Source: Candidatus Thorarchaeota archaeon
GTDB taxonomy: Archaea; Asgardarchaeota; Heimdallarchaeia; Hodarchaeales; Hodarchaeaceae
Direction of reading: 5' to 3'
Length of the DNA: 32,000 bases
Assembly (NCBI GenBank): GCA_048882505.1
Contig: JBHLRO010000011.1
Span: forward strand, 30,001-62,000
Position 1 is the stretch's first letter. Each line of letters begins with the position of its first letter. Made by a program: the position numbers and the translations under genes. Under the pieces are notes generated by a model. That model had not been told where the DNA came from. It ran no database searches and saw only the letters and a program-made list of their open reading frames with translations. Shown piece by piece: positions 19,077-27,618 of this stretch.

Positions 19077-20045
19077 ATGGCAACCATGAAAGGGGATAAA
19101 GCAAGACCCCAAAAAAAGACCCAAGTCGAGGACGAAGAAGAAATCCTCGAATGTAAAAATTGCGGCTCTAATGATATCGTCGCCGACGAAAACCGCGGTG
19201 AACTCATCTGCGAAAAATGCGGCTATGTCCTCGAGACCCGCCTCATCGATGAAGGCCCCGAATGGCGCGCCTTCAACTCCGAAGAACGCGATAAACGCTC
19301 CCGCGTCGGCTCCCCCTCCACCTTCTCAGTTCACGATAAAGGGCTCTCTACCATTATTGGGTATGAGAACCGCGACACCTTCGGCAATAAACTCACCGCC
19401 TCCCGTCGCGCCCAGATTTACCGTCTCCGGAAATGGCAGATCCGTACCCGTGTCCATTCTTCCATGGACCGCAACCTCGCCTTCGCGATGTCCGAAATGG
19501 ACCGCCTGGCATCTCAACTCGGTATCCCCCGGAACGTCAAGGAAACCGCCGCCATCATCTACCGCAAAGCCATCGAAAAACGCCTCGTTCGCGGCCGCTC
19601 CATCGAAGCCATGGTCGCTGCGACCATCTACGCCTCAGCCCGCGTCCGTCGCGTCCCCCGTACCCTCGATGAAATCGCGAAAGAAAGCCGTATCACCAAA
19701 AAAGAACTCGGCCGCTGCTACCGCCTCCTCCTCCGCGAACTCTATCTTAATATCCCTCTCGCGTCCCCCATCGACTATCTCGTCCGCTTCGGCACCGAAC
19801 TCCGCCTCTCTGGCGTCTGTCAACGGAACGCCGCCGATACCCTCAAACGCGCTAAAGCCGCTGGCCTTACCGCAGGCAAAGACCCCACTGGCCTGGCCGC
19901 TGCTGCTATCTACATTTCTGGTATTATCCACGGTGAACGGCGTACTCAACGCGAGATTTCAGAAGTGGCGCATGTGACAGAGGTAACTGTCAGAAACCGA
20001 TATAAAGAGCTGGTACGAAAGCTTAACATTGAGATTACGATTTAA
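19077..20045 (+). CDS. tfb: Transcription initiation factor IIB (TFB)
   Basis: Zn ribbon CKNCG...CEKCG, IDEGPEWRAF, two cyclin repeats, GKDPTGLAAAAIY, TEVTVRNRYKEL. Confidence 0.98.
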   Translation: MATMKGDKARPQKKTQVEDEEEILECKNCGSNDIVADENRGELICEKCGYVLETRLIDEGPEWRAFNSEERDKRSRVGSPSTFSVHDKGLSTIIGYENRDTFGNKLTASRRAQIYRLRKWQIRTRVHSSMDRNLAFAMSEMDRLASQLGIPRNVKETAAIIYRKAIEKRLVRGRSIEAMVAATIYASARVRRVPRTLDEIAKESRITKKELGRCYRLLLRELYLNIPLASPIDYLVRFGTELRLSGVCQRNAADTLKRAKAAGLTAGKDPTGLAAAAIYISGIIHGERRTQREISEVAHVTEVTVRNRYKELVRKLNIEITI

Positions 20046-20205
20046 AACAAGTTTCATCTGACTAGGATCGAATTCTAGTCATTTTAAGAGCCTATTGCCC
20101 GATCAGAAGATCGGGCTTTTTTTTTTCAGATTCATTTACGAAAAAAATCCTGAGATCTTTCCGAGCGTACAGTTGCTTTTTGGAGCGCCCAATCTCACGT
20201 GCTCC
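19977..20205 (+). repeat. tfb-3' repeat unit, copy 1 (the live tfb end + two inverted repeats + HTH remnant)
   Basis: Reference copy: stop at 20043-45, IR1 20060-20080, IR2 20097-20116, T run, conserved tail. Confidence 0.9.
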
Positions 20206-20235
20206 ATCGGTTGCTTTATCAATATTGCGTTCCAT
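20092..20235 (-). pseudogene. 3' remnant of a TnpC/DUF6262-like HTH gene (module 1)
   Basis: ERNIDKA..AREIGRSKKQLYARKDLRIFFVN, homologous to the remnants after copies 2, 3 and 4. Confidence 0.6.
20097..20126 (+). terminator. Hairpin + T10 terminator after tfb
   Basis: GCCCGATC-AGAA-GATCGGGC followed by a T run. Confidence 0.75.
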
Positions 20236-20424
20236 TTTTTGTGGATTTTGATCGATTAAGAGCGATCTAAAGGAATTAATTGGAGATCTCTCCTGCATCT
20301 CGGCGCAAGAATTGTAAAATTTATTGGAAACTCCACAATACTTAAACATACATGACCGCATGTTAATGGGAATAGCTTCTAATCCGTATCTATTCAAATT
20401 CCACATTATGGTTCAACCATTGAG

Positions 20425-21387
20425 ATGGGAGAACAGAAATTGAATCAAATAAGTAACCAAACAGGAGCAATGAAATCCATTGTACTTGGATTTATCCTTA
20501 TTTTCAATCTTATCGGGATTTATATGGGAGTGGAGCTTGCAGGCGTGCCATTTAGCCAGCAGACTAGTTTTACAATCGACAAACAAACTCAATACGGATA
20601 TATTAGAAAATATCCCGCGTTGTATGAATTACTTGTAATGGCAAATGCTTCTAATACCGAAATTATTAATTGTACAGCTTGGGTTGGTGTAAGTGACGTT
20701 CCCCTGACACAAGCATTTCAACTCGGCCCCGGAGATAATTTCTCAACTAGTAAGAGCCTCAATTATTTCTGGTATAGTATTTCTTTCTTCTTTAAGAATA
20801 CCTCGGAACCCCAACGTGTGGATATTAGGATGGAGGGACACTCAGGAACCTTTGAAGAACTTCTTGCTAGTCCTGGTACATTTTATGGAGCGGGAGGTAT
20901 TTTTTATCTCGTTCAGTATATCATTCCAGCTTTAATATCGATAGTCATTCTGGGTCCTATTCACTTTATTAATGCCATGTATAAGTTCACAGAGAGTAAG
21001 CAGGAAGTAGCGAGGTATCTTAGTCAAAATTTCCTTCCTCCATTTATATCATTGATTTTATTCTGGATTACGGGATTTGGGATATTGTTATTGGCAGTTG
21101 GGTATTATTTCGGGGTATTAGTAATAACTAGAATTATAGAAACAGTCCAACCGTTGAAGTCAACCGTAATGGCAACGGGTGGTGTGACATTCTTAGTTAC
21201 TGCCTTCATTTTGGATCGGCTTTATCAACCCTTGACTCCCCAAATCTTTAATGAGCAGGTAATCTGGGGTTTTTTTCCTATCTATCCGCTCATAATCACA
21301 ATAACGGTTTCAGGTATGTTGTTGCTCTTTGTAGGCCTCCCAAGAGGGCAAAACCGAAGCCATAAAACGAGGTTGCATGAAGACTAA
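20425..21387 (+). CDS. Hypothetical polytopic membrane protein with an extracellular domain (cargo)
   Basis: N-terminal hydrophobic segment, soluble domain, ~5 C-terminal TM helices; the 3' end reads into repeat copy 2. Confidence 0.75.
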   Translation: MGEQKLNQISNQTGAMKSIVLGFILIFNLIGIYMGVELAGVPFSQQTSFTIDKQTQYGYIRKYPALYELLVMANASNTEIINCTAWVGVSDVPLTQAFQLGPGDNFSTSKSLNYFWYSISFFFKNTSEPQRVDIRMEGHSGTFEELLASPGTFYGAGGIFYLVQYIIPALISIVILGPIHFINAMYKFTESKQEVARYLSQNFLPPFISLILFWITGFGILLLAVGYYFGVLVITRIIETVQPLKSTVMATGGVTFLVTAFILDRLYQPLTPQIFNEQVIWGFFPIYPLIITITVSGMLLLFVGLPRGQNRSHKTRLHED

Positions 21388-21560
21388 ACATCGCGATTAC
21401 GATTTAGAATGCATCTCATCAGGTTAGATATAATTTCTAACCATCAAAAGGGCCTATTGCCTGACCGAAAAGTCAGGCTTTTTTTTCTCTATTCTTTTAC
21501 GAAGAAGATTCTAAGATCTTTCCGAGACACCAGTAGTTTTTGGAATCAATGATTTCATAC
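21347..21560 (+). repeat. tfb-3' repeat unit, copy 2 (coding part degraded)
   Basis: CTAAACATCGCGATTACGATTTAG (LNIAITI*); IR1 21422-21442; IR2 21459-21478; minus-strand RKDLRIFFVKE. Confidence 0.85.
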
Positions 21561-21619
21561 GGAAGCACAGTGAAGAAAAGCTAATATACCAGATTGGTTA
21601 GCTAAATGTCGCGATCGAT

Positions 21620-21856
21620 TTGGTAAAATGGTCTAGGGACAAGAAGGGCTACAAGCGGTATTCTGATTCAGGAAAAGCTGTTCATCGTCACGTCGCGGAA
21701 TGAAAGCTTGGAAGGAAGTTACAAAAGGGAGAAGTTGTTCATCATATTAACAGGAATAAATCAAACAACCGAAGAAAGAACCTATGGGTCTTTAAGAGCC
21801 AGAAACAACATCATCGAACACATAAACGAGACAAGAAGCGATATGGTCGATGGTAG
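21620..21856 (+). pseudogene. Small HNH endonuclease interrupted by an in-frame TGA at 21701-21703
   Basis: MVKWSRDKKGYKRYSDSGKAVHRHVAE*KLGRKLQKGEVVHHINRNKSNNRRKNLWVFKSQKQHHRTH...; HNH pattern VHR.VAE..LGR.L...EVVHH.N.NK.NN...NL. Confidence 0.8.
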
Positions 21857-21885
21857 AAGGGAGCTAGGGTTCAAAATAAAAGTTC

Positions 21886-23112
21886 TCAATAGACTTTAGC
21901 TGACCTTAATGAACCCTGACACACCGAACATTTGGTCAGGCCCGCCTGTTGGCTTTCTTGATAGCAGTTCTGACAGACTGCACGTTGACAAGACGCACAC
22001 ACCTGATGTGGATCCTTTTTCGGGTAGAACCTTAGGCATAGGCTGCAAAAAAACCGATCTTTTGCCTTTAGAATTTCCACTTGTTCCGCAGGCACATACT
22101 CAATGGTCTGGGAACCTACGGAATACAACGGCGCCAGTTCGACGTTTTGCTCCCGAATGGTTTGCAGAATACAGAGGATTTCCTGGGCATGGGAGAGAGT
22201 GGGATCGGGAATAGAATCCCCGAATACTTTTGTGATGGTGGGGGTGATGAAAGTATCGATTAAATTCTTTATGGTGTCACCTGCCAGCTGAAAAAGACCC
22301 ACAAGCGGATTTTCCGATGGAGGGTCGTAAGTTCGAACATAATTATCCGTGATTTTTGTCACATTCTCAATAGTTAGCTCGGGCGGATCAGGGATTGGCA
22401 ATTTCCAGTTATCATGGACTAGGATGTCTTCCAAAGAGATTTTTTCAGCTACCGGGAGGTCTGAAAGGTATTGACGGATTTCCGCATCTAGTTCCTTTTT
22501 CCGGATGTCATCGAGATCCGTGGTTTTGGGGAGATGCAGGCGTCTTTCCTTATAATAGGTCATGCCGACCCTTGTGGATAGGATTCCTAAACGACATTCC
22601 CTGGCGAGTTCGAGTAGGGAAACCGTTTCACTCGATGTCGGTTGATTCTTCAGTCTGTGATGCGTTTGGATAATTCGCACCACATTGATTTCGATCTCAG
22701 ATCTGTCAAAAAGATCATAATAATCGGAAATTTTCTTTTCGGATAACTGGATCACGGTATTACAGAAATTAACGAGCTCTCGCCCATTAGAGAGCGAATA
22801 ATTGAGTCTGATGACGATATCCGTTAAGTTCAATTGGTCATTCTTGATAAACGGGAGAATTAAGATGGATTGAGCATCTAATTGCTGGATTTGGTCTTGA
22901 GTATATTTTTTCAATTGTTTGGGTCTAGGCGGGTGATTGAAGTAATGGATTACCTCGTCTAAGGATGCAGAAGGTATTTTCAGGTCTAAAAACATTTCCT
23001 CATTGGTAGGCAACCGCTGGTGCTCATACACAAAGTGAAAAATACGGGTAGAGAATTCATCTAGCTCGTTACTAGGAAGAGAATACTGTTTCTCCCGTTT
23101 GAACAATCTCAT
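21886..23112 (-). CDS. Hypothetical protein with helical/winged-helix-like repeats and a C-terminal 8-Cys (RING/FYVE-like) Zn finger
   Basis: 408-aa ORF; CSLC-x12-CASC-x4-CQNC-x11-CSVC. Confidence 0.7.
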   Translation of the reverse strand: MRLFKREKQYSLPSNELDEFSTRIFHFVYEHQRLPTNEEMFLDLKIPSASLDEVIHYFNHPPRPKQLKKYTQDQIQQLDAQSILILPFIKNDQLNLTDIVIRLNYSLSNGRELVNFCNTVIQLSEKKISDYYDLFDRSEIEINVVRIIQTHHRLKNQPTSSETVSLLELARECRLGILSTRVGMTYYKERRLHLPKTTDLDDIRKKELDAEIRQYLSDLPVAEKISLEDILVHDNWKLPIPDPPELTIENVTKITDNYVRTYDPPSENPLVGLFQLAGDTIKNLIDTFITPTITKVFGDSIPDPTLSHAQEILCILQTIREQNVELAPLYSVGSQTIEYVPAEQVEILKAKDRFFCSLCLRFYPKKDPHQVCASCQRAVCQNCYQESQQAGLTKCSVCQGSLRSAKVY

Positions 23113-23256
23113 CGTGAACCCTCTCGTGGTTCATGAGTTACGAAAAATCGGTTTATTACTTTAACCACACTAGTAATACAAATCCAGGGGGCGAAACCAC
23201 TTTGATAGGAGCAGGTGAATTAGCAGTTTTATAAATGTAAAAATTGATATTGAGTT

Positions 23257-23712
23257 ATGGCATTGAGGGTGCGCATCGGGATTATCTTCCTTACTCTTGC
23301 CCTTCTTATTGGAGGATCACCCTATCCACTGGCAGGCGCCTTATCGGGGTCATATTCTACTACTCTCTTGCAAGGTACCGATCATGAATTTGAAATGACA
23401 TTCACCTGGGAGATTGATCATACCTTCTGGATGGGCGGGGATACGTATGATGTGCGTTTAGGACGGTACATGAAAAATATCGGGGGAAACAGCTTTCAGG
23501 GAACCTATGCCTTTTATTTAGGGGTGGAGAATATTACCGCCTTCTCCATGTTTATGGGAGGGTCAGTAATCGCAACAGAGCCCTCAATTATTACCAAACC
23601 TCTAACGCTTGGAAAAAAAGAATCAAATTTCTATCTAGAAACCTTCTTGCGTATTAAACTTGAGGTAAATGATGATGTGTATGGGATTTACCATGAGACG
23701 GAGGCTCATTGA
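23257..23712 (+). CDS. Hypothetical secreted protein
   Basis: Signal peptide, beta-rich body; same strand and 25 nt from the next gene. Confidence 0.6.
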   Translation: MALRVRIGIIFLTLALLIGGSPYPLAGALSGSYSTTLLQGTDHEFEMTFTWEIDHTFWMGGDTYDVRLGRYMKNIGGNSFQGTYAFYLGVENITAFSMFMGGSVIATEPSIITKPLTLGKKESNFYLETFLRIKLEVNDDVYGIYHETEAH

Positions 23713-23737
23713 GTATGGCTGATCGGAGGAAAGGTGA

Positions 23738-24769
23738 TTGAAACAAAAACTAGGGATCACTGGATTGGTTCTCTTAGGCATTATGGTCGTGATATTCGCG
23801 AATCAGGCAGTACTAGCCTCAGTTCATCGCGAAGAGGAACATAAAATTGTCATCACAGCGATGACGGGCACCCAGTATGATAAGAAGGCTATAAAACTCC
23901 AGAAAAATACATTGTATGAAATTACGTTTTGGAATAATGAGACTGGGGTATGGCATGATCTCATCATTGCCATGGATGGTCGGAGAATTGCCAATTATGA
24001 AGCAATGTATCCAAAAAATGGAGATATTGTGCTGGGTCCGCTTCCTGTTGAAGCCAGCGCAAACAACGCTGGGGGAACAGGCACAAGTGTTTGGACTGGT
24101 AATTTTACTACGCCAGATAGTAACGGGTATATTCGATTCTTCTGTTCGTATGCGGGCCACTTTGATGCAGGAATGAGGGGCTATTTCAAAATAGGTGAAC
24201 CTGCGGGGGAGCTTTCTCCAGAATTCGACTTTAAGTTTCAGTTACTTAATGACTCAGCAGCATGGCTCTCGGATTACGAAGGTAATCCCATAATACTAGA
24301 CTTTTTCAGTATGAACTGTCAAGATTGTTTAACTCAGTTCTCGTATTATCGGGAGGCCCAGAATGTTTACCCATATGTTCAGATAGTCTCCATTTCAATA
24401 GATCCGTATCAGGATTCCAGTGACTACAACGATTATCTCTCCAATATTAGCCAGTTCGTGTCTGATTATCAAATGACCTGGACAGTGGGTCATATCTTTG
24501 GCTATACACAGGGACTACCATTTCATCCTATTACGGCTCCAACAATAGTTTTTATCGACTCCAACGGGGAGACATTTCACGAAGCGCATGAGGTCACTCC
24601 TTACCCGATATTGGCGGAATGGATTGAAAGGGGGGATTCTGGAACTTCAAACGCTACAGCCAGTCTACCAAGTCAAGTTATAAGTCCAGGCTGGACGTTT
24701 CCATTGCTTCCACTGATTGTGCTAATCCCTCTTTTCGATAGATGGCTGAATCGCAACAAGGTAATTTAA
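23738..24769 (+). CDS. Exported cupredoxin + thioredoxin-like (TlpA/SCO-type) fusion with C-terminal anchor
   Basis: Signal peptide; WHD His plus CSYAGHFDAGM (C-x4-H-x4-M) type-1 Cu site; DFFSMNCQDC CxxC domain; hydrophobic C-terminus. Confidence 0.8.
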   Translation: MKQKLGITGLVLLGIMVVIFANQAVLASVHREEEHKIVITAMTGTQYDKKAIKLQKNTLYEITFWNNETGVWHDLIIAMDGRRIANYEAMYPKNGDIVLGPLPVEASANNAGGTGTSVWTGNFTTPDSNGYIRFFCSYAGHFDAGMRGYFKIGEPAGELSPEFDFKFQLLNDSAAWLSDYEGNPIILDFFSMNCQDCLTQFSYYREAQNVYPYVQIVSISIDPYQDSSDYNDYLSNISQFVSDYQMTWTVGHIFGYTQGLPFHPITAPTIVFIDSNGETFHEAHEVTPYPILAEWIERGDSGTSNATASLPSQVISPGWTFPLLPLIVLIPLFDRWLNRNKVI

Positions 24770-24775
24770 GCGCCT

Positions 24776-25000
24776 GCTGAGGTGACCGTCAGAAACAGAT
24801 ATAAAGAGCTAGTGAGGAAGTTAAATATCGAAATTATCATTTAACTCCATTCTAATCTGACTAGAGTGAATTTCTAGTTGATTGAAGAGCCTATGGCCCG
24901 AACGGAAGCTCGGGCCTTTTTTTGTTGACAAAATATTTCCTGAGATCCTTCTGAGTATAGATTTGTTTTTTGGAGCATCCGATTTCACGCGCTACTGCGG
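24776..25000 (+). repeat. tfb-3' repeat unit, copy 3 (best preserved)
   Basis: EVTVRNRYKELVRKLNIEIII* (24779-24844); IR1 24859-24879; IR2 24895-24916. Confidence 0.92.
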
Positions 25001-25130
25001 GTACGTTTGGTTTTCCCCTCGTCCCTCCAAAGTCTTAATTGCTTCTTTCACTATTTCAACAGTTCTCGATTTACAACCATAAGAATGTATTTTCAGTTTA
25101 TCGAGGTTTTTTAGGACCACAAGATCCAGA
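24890..25130 (-). pseudogene. Frameshifted TnpC/DUF6262-like HTH gene remnant (module 3, longest)
   Basis: NLDKLKIHSYGCKSRTVEIVKEAIKTLEGRGE / KPNVPAVAREIGCSKKQIYTQKDLRKYFVNKK, with a 1-nt frameshift near 25010-25015. Confidence 0.65.
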
Positions 25131-25158
25131 ATTTGGCCTAGCAGTAATAGGGAAAAAT

Positions 25159-27618
25159 TCAGTTAATTCTATGACCTCGTTTTTCTATCACTTCTCTGAT
25201 TCCCTTTATTGTTACACTTTCTTTATTAAAAGCTATGACCATCGTTTTTGTCTGAGAGTCACCTTCCACACTGTTTATTCCTGAAACTTTCAGAAGGGCA
25301 TTTGTAAGACCATTCACACACCCTTGGCAATGAATAGTTGGAATTGAGAAGGATATTGATCCCATTTCTGGTACTGAGGCTCCTTGCTCCTCTTCAAGTG
25401 CTGTTACCTCCTGATTGGAGAGAATTTTGCCACCAAAAGAATTCAAGAGAACAGTTGTAACACTAGCCGCCATCGCAAGCATTGCAAAGACTGGATGAAG
25501 CAAGCCCGTGACTGCCAGTGGGACACCGATCCCATTAAACGAAAACGCGAGACCAACGTTTTGTTTAGTTTTGCTATAACTGGTTTTCCCGATCTCATAA
25601 GCATCAACCACACCTGAGATGTTGTCATGAACTAAAATGACATCTGCTGATTCAATCGCAATATCGGTGCCTGCCCCAATGGCGATCCCAACATTCGCTT
25701 GCATTAACGCTGGGGCATCATTAATACCATCACCCACCATCGCTACTCTTTTTCCCTGCTTTTGGAGGTTACGGATCTGTTCCGCTTTTTCTTGAGGCAG
25801 GACTTCGGCAATAACTTGGTCAATGCCCGCCTGTTTGGCAATAGCTTCAGCAGTGCGTTTATTATCGCCAGTGATCATTACTGACTCCAGTCCAACACGT
25901 TTCATTCTTAGTATACCCTCCTTAGCAGAAGGCTTGAGTGTATCAGCAATACCAATGAGCCCTATCAGATTAAAACCTTGTGCTACTCCAACCACAGTTT
26001 GTCCTTCTTTTTCTAGGGTATAGATATTTTCTTTCAGATGGTGAAGGGCAATCCCTTTTTCCATCAAAAAACGAGGGCTACCTACCCTAACTTCCGAAGA
26101 CCCAACAGACCCGATTACGCCAAACCCTGGTTTAATTTCAAAATCCTCTATTTTATTGGAAGTAAGAGCATAATTTTTTGCGTGAGCATAGTCCATGATA
26201 GCTCGGGCTAAGGGGTGCTCAGAATTTTGTTCAATACTAGCTGCCAATGAAATAACCTCATTTTCATCGTACCCGCCCATTGGATAAACAGTAACGACGC
26301 GGGGTTTCCCTTCTGTGATGGTCCCAGTTTTATCAAGTGCTACCACAGTGACATCTTTAAAAACCTGAAATGCTTCTCCCGAACGCATTAGAATGCCATG
26401 CTGAGCTGCCAGGCCGCCGCCGCGAATCATGGCTAAAGGCGTGGCCATTCCAAGAGCACAAGGATAACCCATGACCAAGACAGCTAAAGTGGTAAAAATC
26501 GCGGTCTGAAATTGAACTTCTCCAGAGACAAGCCACGCCCCTCCTGTCCAAAGGAGGAACGCAAAAGCGGCGAAGAGTAATACACCTGGGACAAAAATCT
26601 TTAAGACTTTTTCTACCGTTTGAAGAATACTTGGTTTCAAGGCCCGAGCTTCTTGAATGGATCTAGAGACTTGTTGCAGAAAACTGTCTTGGCCTACTTT
26701 AGTAGTTTCAATGACCAATGCACCATACTGGTTTAATGAACCCCCAATCACCTCATCGCCTTTTTCTTTAATAACGGGCATGGATTCACCTGTCACGAGA
26801 CTCTGATCAATCGTGGATTTACCTTCTTTGACCAAACCATCGATGGGAATACTCTCCCCAGGACGAACACGGACAAGGTCTCCTGTTTGAACCTGTTCGA
26901 TTGGAATTTCCTCTTCAATTCCGTTTCTAATTACCCGTGCTGTAGCAGGTTGTAGATTCATCAATTTCCGAATGGCCTGAGAGCTGTTAGTCCTAACTAG
27001 CAGTGAAATATATCCCGAAAGGATATGATAGGCCGTGATATAGATCGCCGCGCCCATAAAATCGGCCATCGGCCAAGGTTGAACAAAAAACCCGATCAGG
27101 CCGCCAAACAACCCTCCTAAGGCTCCAAATTCCATTAGGACATGCTGATTCAAAATCCCTCTTCTGAGTGACGCATAAGCCATCCTTAAGATAGGCCCGC
27201 CCACAATGAAGATCATGGTTAATGTTAACCCGAGGATGGCCCATGGAAACCAGGCTGGCTTTATCCCAAACCAGATCAAGGCCATAAAACCAAGAGTAAG
27301 AACACCGATTAGAGTGGTAACACTGAGTTGCCGACGATGACGCCGTAGTTCTTCCTCATCTTCCTCAAAGCTCTTAGGTTTGGTGGGATCACGGATGGAG
27401 TAACCAATACTCCGAATGGTTTCTCTGAGTTCTGCGGGAGTCGCTTTCGTGGGATCGTACTCAATTAAGGTTTCTTCGTGGGACAGATTGACCCCAACAT
27501 GGGAGACTCCTTCGATTCTTCGAAATGCTTTCTTAATACTTTCAACACAAAACGAACATTGCATTCCACCAATTTTCAAAAGCAGATTTGCCTTTCGTTT
27601 CACCGATTTTTCGGCCAT
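25159..27618 (-). CDS. copA: Copper-translocating P1B-type ATPase
   Basis: N-terminal GMQCSFC HMA; TGES; CPC; DKTGT; GDGINDAPAL; C-terminal HCQGC HMA; likely start at ATG 27618. Confidence 0.95.
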   Translation of the reverse strand: MAEKSVKRKANLLLKIGGMQCSFCVESIKKAFRRIEGVSHVGVNLSHEETLIEYDPTKATPAELRETIRSIGYSIRDPTKPKSFEEDEEELRRHRRQLSVTTLIGVLTLGFMALIWFGIKPAWFPWAILGLTLTMIFIVGGPILRMAYASLRRGILNQHVLMEFGALGGLFGGLIGFFVQPWPMADFMGAAIYITAYHILSGYISLLVRTNSSQAIRKLMNLQPATARVIRNGIEEEIPIEQVQTGDLVRVRPGESIPIDGLVKEGKSTIDQSLVTGESMPVIKEKGDEVIGGSLNQYGALVIETTKVGQDSFLQQVSRSIQEARALKPSILQTVEKVLKIFVPGVLLFAAFAFLLWTGGAWLVSGEVQFQTAIFTTLAVLVMGYPCALGMATPLAMIRGGGLAAQHGILMRSGEAFQVFKDVTVVALDKTGTITEGKPRVVTVYPMGGYDENEVISLAASIEQNSEHPLARAIMDYAHAKNYALTSNKIEDFEIKPGFGVIGSVGSSEVRVGSPRFLMEKGIALHHLKENIYTLEKEGQTVVGVAQGFNLIGLIGIADTLKPSAKEGILRMKRVGLESVMITGDNKRTAEAIAKQAGIDQVIAEVLPQEKAEQIRNLQKQGKRVAMVGDGINDAPALMQANVGIAIGAGTDIAIESADVILVHDNISGVVDAYEIGKTSYSKTKQNVGLAFSFNGIGVPLAVTGLLHPVFAMLAMAASVTTVLLNSFGGKILSNQEVTALEEEQGASVPEMGSISFSIPTIHCQGCVNGLTNALLKVSGINSVEGDSQTKTMVIAFNKESVTIKGIREVIEKRGHRIN

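Noticed and set aside
19171-19977. 268-aa Ser/Pro/Ala-rich ORF overlapping tfb
   Set aside because: Alternate-frame shadow caused by the C-ending codon bias of tfb.
21701-21703. Selenocysteine or programmed readthrough in the HNH frame
   Set aside because: The position is not a Cys-type site in the HNH pattern and there is no supporting signal; a nonsense mutation or sequencing error is simpler.
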